A stretch of DNA of 62,834 nt from Lachnospiraceae bacterium. Its GTDB lineage: Bacteria > Bacillota > Clostridia > Lachnospirales > Lachnospiraceae. The stretch's first letter is position 1. Each line of letters opens with the position of its first letter. The notes below the pieces were generated by a model that saw only the letters and a program-made list of their open reading frames with translations, did no database searches and was not told the origin of the DNA. Made by a program: the position numbers and the translations under genes. The stretch lies in the NCBI GenBank assembly GCA_024680435.1, contig JAILCK010000001.1:1-62834 (forward strand), written 5' to 3'. Positions 58,064 through 62,834 of the stretch are shown here, in pieces.

Positions 58064-58330
58064 AAAACAAAACGCCTTCTTAAGCTTTCGCTCAAGAAGG
58101 CGTCATTAAACGCGTTACCACTTCTCTTTACTTATTTTTCACAAAATAAGCCTCATAAGGCACTTCATGCCCTGTCGCTTTAACGGGCGAATCCCGTCGC
58201 AGCCTTACCTTAAAGGTTCGGTGCGCTGCTCAAAAGCCATCTTCCGAATATCTTCCATTTGGGGTTCTCAGCTCATCCCCTTCTCTGTAAATGTTCAATA
58301 TGCGTACTCTCTTTATCGTCGCGTTTATCT
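58064..58330 (-). promoter_or_regulatory. T-box riboswitch (Met specifier)
   Basis: AGTA, AG box (AGAGAAG), GCTGAGA, specifier loop GAAG-AUG-GC (58238-58240), T-box AAGAGAAGTGGTAACGCG (58111-58128), terminator ACGCCTTCTTGAGC..GCTTAAGAAGGCGT-TTTG. Confidence 0.93.
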
Positions 58331-58341
58331 TTCTTTGATAT

Positions 58342-58371
58342 AAAATAGCACTCGATATGCCGTCTTGTCAA
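58342..58371 (-). promoter_or_regulatory. Sigma-A promoter of the metG leader
   Basis: TTGACA-18 bp-TATTTT with a TG extension. Confidence 0.6.
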
Positions 58372-58374
58372 CCT

Positions 58375-60090
58375 TTAGTAATTGTATGGAACAAGCTCGC
58401 AGTCTTCAAAAATGGGAACGTTCTTGTAAAATACTTCTTCGAAATAATCAAACATCCACTTCTTTCCCCTAAGTTCGGGATAGTCTTCGGGATTAATCAT
58501 TTCACCGTCTTTTACTGTAAGTTCCAGTACAGTCTCATCGTTTTCTTTGAAAGTTACGGTGTGCATTTCACCGTTACCTTCAAAGTGAGTGGTCGGATAA
58601 TCTACACCGTACTTTGAGCACATATATTCAAGTCTGCTTTGACTGTAATATCTTAAAAATCTTACAATATTTGTCCAATCCTTATAATGTCCGCCTTTGG
58701 TAAACTCTTTAATCTGAGACCACTTCCATCTGGTATCCTCGGCCTTATAAGCATCTTTAATCATTTCCTCGTAGTTGTCGATTCCTTCGCTAAAAAGCTT
58801 GTCTATCTCATCAATATGATCATATAGAATATCCGATATTACACCCTTAAAGTAATCATCTTCAGACAAAATTTTAAACCACTCAAGCTGTGCGTAATCC
58901 GTAAAGAAAACTCCGCCCTGCGGATCGATCATGGTCTCTCCCCAGTTGTATGCTTCGCCAAAACCTCCGTCAAAGTCCCATGCAGGGCCTGCATACAATA
59001 GATTATCATCCTTCATCTTATAAAAAAATGTGCTGGTTCTCATAGCATCATTATTTTGCGACATAACCTGTATGAAGCACTGAACCGCAAAGGATTCTAC
59101 ATCTATTAAATCCGTATTTCCTTCTCTAATATTGTCATCAACCTTTTGAACAAACTTTTGTGTCTCTTTAAGAAACTCTTCTGAAGGGTTCTTGGGCCTG
59201 CAGATGCTAAAGTAATCTCCGCTGTCGATTCCAAAATGAACCTCTTCCATCGCTCTTGCGTATAAATCTTTCTCAATAAGGAATTCGCTGTCTTTTGAAT
59301 TAAACAATTCAAGTTTCTTTGGCGCTTCCGTCGCAAGATAAAGCCCCATAAACTCGCCGTTTAAATATAAGTTAATATACGTGCTTCTTATCGCAGTTTT
59401 TGAATCTAAAATCTCTGCCAAATCAAGTGCAAGTTTTGTATGTATCTTATCTCCGTCATAATATAGCCCAAGCAATAGCAAATCTTTTACATTTGTTATA
59501 TCTCCTATATCAACCGTATCTTTTAATTTGATTGCATAGGGCTTTTTCTCATCACTTGCGGTCCATGTTGCATTTCCGTGCCCCTTAATTTCCTCAAGCT
59601 TTCCCATGTACTCAATCTTTCCGTCTTTTGAAATAGAAAGTATCTTTCCTGTCTCTGTGTTTTCTTTGTCCTCATTAATCTTTTCCATGCTTTTACTTTT
59701 TGTGTCTATAAAAACTGAAGAGATATTCGGAATGACATAAAAACAAGCCTTAAATTCTTTACCTTTATATGTTAAATCACACTCTGTCTCTTGTTTAAAT
59801 TTAATGCTGTCATTAAACAAGCCTTCAAGGTGTAAATCCTTTTTTGAAACATCTCCTCTGTACACCCTATCAGAGTCGATGCCTCCGGGAAGAAAATAGT
59901 GAACAATTCCCGTTTCGGGATCTTCCCAAGGCTTTACAGTAGTTTTAATTTCATGATCGATTATCAATATATTCGGATATTTATCCGAATCTGCAAATTC
60001 ATACTTATGATCGCCGGTAAAAACAATCACTCCTATAACCGCAACAAGGATTACAGAAAGAATCGCTGCAAGGCATATCCTTCTTTTCAT
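58375..60090 (-). CDS. CotH kinase family protein, membrane-anchored or secreted
   Basis: N-terminal TM; IKGHGNATW, KKPYAIKL, LYLNGEFMGLYLATE, NNDA, GPAWDFD. Confidence 0.85.
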   Translation of the reverse strand: MKRRICLAAILSVILVAVIGVIVFTGDHKYEFADSDKYPNILIIDHEIKTTVKPWEDPETGIVHYFLPGGIDSDRVYRGDVSKKDLHLEGLFNDSIKFKQETECDLTYKGKEFKACFYVIPNISSVFIDTKSKSMEKINEDKENTETGKILSISKDGKIEYMGKLEEIKGHGNATWTASDEKKPYAIKLKDTVDIGDITNVKDLLLLGLYYDGDKIHTKLALDLAEILDSKTAIRSTYINLYLNGEFMGLYLATEAPKKLELFNSKDSEFLIEKDLYARAMEEVHFGIDSGDYFSICRPKNPSEEFLKETQKFVQKVDDNIREGNTDLIDVESFAVQCFIQVMSQNNDAMRTSTFFYKMKDDNLLYAGPAWDFDGGFGEAYNWGETMIDPQGGVFFTDYAQLEWFKILSEDDYFKGVISDILYDHIDEIDKLFSEGIDNYEEMIKDAYKAEDTRWKWSQIKEFTKGGHYKDWTNIVRFLRYYSQSRLEYMCSKYGVDYPTTHFEGNGEMHTVTFKENDETVLELTVKDGEMINPEDYPELRGKKWMFDYFEEVFYKNVPIFEDCELVPYNY

Positions 60091-60109
60091 ATTTATGTCC
60101 GCCTAAAGT

Positions 60110-62299
60110 TTATTCTACAAATTCTTCCCAGTTTACAAGGTAGGCAGCGCCATCGCTTGTAAGCTCAATAAGCCCGTCTTCAACCAATTCATTTTGAACG
60201 TACTCAAGCGCTTCAACACCTACCACATTTGCCCAAATGCCGTTTGTTGTTATGCCATAATACAATACTTTATTTGTATTCTTTTGATAAGCACATATTT
60301 CGGAATAGATATACTGCTTTAATCTATACGTATAAAGGCCGTTCATAGGCATTTCAAGGTCGTGCTTTTTACAGAATTTCTGAAGCAAAGAAAACTGTGA
60401 CAAAGCTTCTGTCTGTCCCCATACTCCCAAAAGTGCATCGTATTGAGGAATGGGGTTTGATATTTCCTCAAGTTCCTTTAAAAGTATTTCTTTTGATGCC
60501 CCGCTCTTTGCTTTTTCTTCAAGCTTTGAAAGGTTAATTCTAAACTCCGAAAACTTTTCTATTTGCATTAAATGAGTGTGCACTATAGAAAGAACATCTT
60601 TCTGAGAAACCGGAATCGGAATGGTTTCTTTCGGAAGGTCTGCGTCCATCATATCTTCCAAAACAGGTAAATACTTTAAGCACTTTGAATAAATCTCTTC
60701 ATAAGGATATGAGTCGGATGTTCTTAAGTATTCATCCTGGAAATTCCACTTAAAAGTATCCCATGTATCTCCGGATCTTGCTATCTGAATTATATTAAGT
60801 ATTTCATATAAGTCATCGCCATATTCATTTCCCACCAAAGCCTTGGCGGAATCCCTTAATAATTCTTCGCTTGATAAATTCGGGTCCTGTAGAAGGTGTC
60901 CTGCGCAATATAGAGAAAAGATATTTGCGATGTGATAAGAATCCATCTCACTCCAATAGGAAGGCTTTAAAACCGAGTCTCCGTCATTGGCGGTAGTAAG
61001 ATAGACATTCTTTATTACATTTGCGTTTACATTCATTTCGGCAAGCTGGTCGATTTCTCTTTCACAAAGATTCCAAGACCAGATTCCAAGCTTTGCTCCC
61101 GTATCCTTTACTGAGCCTCTGAAGCCGTGCCATGAAGGAATTGTTGTAGCAGCTCCCGCATAAAAAGTCACATCTGAACCTAAATACTGAGCAATTACGT
61201 ATCTATCATACTTATTGGTATAGTCGCTTACACCAAAGTCAATGTCAGGATTAATTTCCCTAACCATGCTTCTAAAAAGCTCTGCGTACTTTGCCACTTC
61301 AACAGTGTTATGCACATTGCTTGGATCGTCAAAATGCATTATTACTCTGTCGCTACAATCCGCAAGCTCTGCATAAATCTTATAGTACTTTACAAAGGTT
61401 TCGTAGGCTTCGGGGCATTCAAAGGAATATGAGTAGTTTTCATAATCCGCATATACAACGGAATCATCTTCCCAGTCGTATCCTGTAAACTCTGCCGCCC
61501 ACACCCAAAGGGTAAATTTCATATCAAGAGAGTGAGCCGCATCCGCAATAAATCTGAGTCTGTCATGGACAAATTCATATCCGGAATACTGAGCCCATGC
61601 AGAGCACATATCCGTAACCTGTACACCTGTAAATCCACAAGCCTTAAGCATTTTCACGTATTCATACAGTTGATCGTCTGAATATGTAAGAATCTCACTT
61701 TTTAAGCTTGCCTGAGTGTTAAAATACTGACCTCTTGCCACATTTGTTTTCCAAAGGCAGGTTATGGTCTCTCTCTCAGGCATCCAAGGCTCTCCAACAT
61801 AAAGAACATTGTCAGGATTTTTAACCTCGCCCTTTTCTAAAAGATGCTCTCTTTCTTCTCCTGCAAAGGCCCATCCCAAATACATATTTGCAAAGGCGTC
61901 AACTGTTTTTACAAGATCATTTTTATCTGTTCCGTAAATAATAATCTTTCCGTTTGCAATTATGATTTTTTCACCTGTGTACTTTTTATCACAAATAAGG
62001 CGGATAGTTTTTTCTTTTTTCCCGCCGAATATCTTTTTATCTATTTTGTATCCGCATTTATTCTCAATAAGCCTTGAAAGCTCGTCTTTAGCTGCTTTCT
62101 CAGAAAAAATCTTATGACTTATTACAGTGTAATTATCTAAAGAGGTATCGCCAAAATATACCTGCGCATATTCTTTTGGAATATTTGATTCCACATTTTT
62201 ATCTTTGTTACGATTTACTACGCAAGCAACCGTAAGCCCCAATATTATGCCTAATAAAAGCGCTGAAACGCCAATTATAATTCCGGTTTTTTTCTTCAT
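60110..62299 (-). CDS. Large membrane-anchored hypothetical protein (possible TIM-barrel glycoside hydrolase fold)
   Basis: 729 aa, N-terminal TM; YVKMLKACGFTGVQV and IADAAHSLDMKFTLWVW resemble GH barrel strands. Fold is inference. Confidence 0.55.
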   Translation of the reverse strand: MKKKTGIIIGVSALLLGIILGLTVACVVNRNKDKNVESNIPKEYAQVYFGDTSLDNYTVISHKIFSEKAAKDELSRLIENKCGYKIDKKIFGGKKEKTIRLICDKKYTGEKIIIANGKIIIYGTDKNDLVKTVDAFANMYLGWAFAGEEREHLLEKGEVKNPDNVLYVGEPWMPERETITCLWKTNVARGQYFNTQASLKSEILTYSDDQLYEYVKMLKACGFTGVQVTDMCSAWAQYSGYEFVHDRLRFIADAAHSLDMKFTLWVWAAEFTGYDWEDDSVVYADYENYSYSFECPEAYETFVKYYKIYAELADCSDRVIMHFDDPSNVHNTVEVAKYAELFRSMVREINPDIDFGVSDYTNKYDRYVIAQYLGSDVTFYAGAATTIPSWHGFRGSVKDTGAKLGIWSWNLCEREIDQLAEMNVNANVIKNVYLTTANDGDSVLKPSYWSEMDSYHIANIFSLYCAGHLLQDPNLSSEELLRDSAKALVGNEYGDDLYEILNIIQIARSGDTWDTFKWNFQDEYLRTSDSYPYEEIYSKCLKYLPVLEDMMDADLPKETIPIPVSQKDVLSIVHTHLMQIEKFSEFRINLSKLEEKAKSGASKEILLKELEEISNPIPQYDALLGVWGQTEALSQFSLLQKFCKKHDLEMPMNGLYTYRLKQYIYSEICAYQKNTNKVLYYGITTNGIWANVVGVEALEYVQNELVEDGLIELTSDGAAYLVNWEEFVE

Positions 62300-62346
62300 T
62301 TAAAATCTCCGTTTGTATCTGTAATTAAGCATAATTATATAGCATG

Positions 62347-62385
62347 TAAAAAAAAACTGCCACAGCAAGAGCCTGCTGTGGCAGT
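62347..62385 (-). terminator. Intrinsic terminator after carB
   Basis: ACTGCCACAGCA-N6-TGCTGTGGCAGT with a long U-run on the minus strand. Confidence 0.8.
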
Positions 62386-62396
62386 AATCTTAATAC

Positions 62397-62834
62397 TTAT
62401 TTAATAGATGCGTGCAATTCCTGCAATGATTTTACTTCGGAAACATTGCCGTCTTTAACGGCCTTAATTCCGATTGCGGTAGCTTTAGCCGCAGCCATTG
62501 TCGTGATGTAAGGAACCTTAGCTTTAATCGCTGCCTTACGAATGTAAGAGTCATCGTGAGCACTCTTCTTTCCTATAGGTGTGTTGATTACAAGCTGTAC
62601 TTCCCTATTGATAATGTAGTCTGATACGTCAGGTCTTCCTTCGTAAATCTTAGCAACCTTCTTTACTGTATATCCTAAGTCCTTTATAAGTTCATAGGTT
62701 CTTCCTGTTGCCACAAAGTCAAATCCTGCATCAGCCAAAATCTTTACAACTTCGGGAAGCTCTGCCTTATCCTTATCGTTTACGCTGATAAGTGCTGTTC
62801 CTTCCAACGGAAGGCATGTCTGTGTTGCTTCCTG
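62397..62834 (-). CDS. carB: Carbamoyl-phosphate synthase large subunit, C-terminal MGS-like domain (partial; 5' part outside the window)
   Basis: GTALISVNDKDK, ATGRT, EGRPDV, LVINTPIG, DDSYIRKAAI..KVPYITT. Confidence 0.9.
   Translation of the reverse strand, partial: QEATQTCLPLEGTALISVNDKDKAELPEVVKILADAGFDFVATGRTYELIKDLGYTVKKVAKIYEGRPDVSDYIINREVQLVINTPIGKKSAHDDSYIRKAAIKAKVPYITTMAAAKATAIGIKAVKDGNVSEVKSLQELHASIK

Noticed and set aside
58375-60090. CotH as evidence of sporulation
   Set aside because: CotH-family kinases also occur in non-sporulating bacteria; this one has a TM anchor and no spore genes are nearby.

Overview
AT-rich chromosomal window from a low-GC Firmicute. Gene content, gene order, CIRCE and T-box suggest Clostridia, probably Lachnospiraceae (inference). 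Most genes lie on the minus strand and are housekeeping: fba (partial), type III glnA, the U32/O-methyltransferase/RNase J/ruvX/ireB/mtaB/thiI/iscS/prmA cluster, hrcA-grpE-dnaK-dnaJ with a perfect CIRCE, ftsH-uvrC-hprK-glk-murB-rapZ-whiA-crh-dagK, tadA plus SRP RNA, a c-di-GMP GGDEF/HD-GYP cluster, T-box-controlled metG and carB (partial). I see no transposase, integrase, prophage, tRNA, rRNA or CRISPR array. The standout is a self-contained three-gene operon (17008-20005) between dnaJ/MATE and an inverted rsmE. It encodes a Zn-ribbon/pseudokinase-like protein, a vWA (MIDAS) protein and a divergent adenylosuccinate-synthetase paralogue that keeps the catalytic motifs but has altered aspartate- and guanine-recognition motifs. 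Next most notable are two candidate small RNAs (about 30685-30790 + and 43150-43245 -) carrying sequence complementary to Shine-Dalgarno plus AUG; the first lies downstream of 11-bp direct repeats. All product calls come from motif recognition by eye, without database searches.
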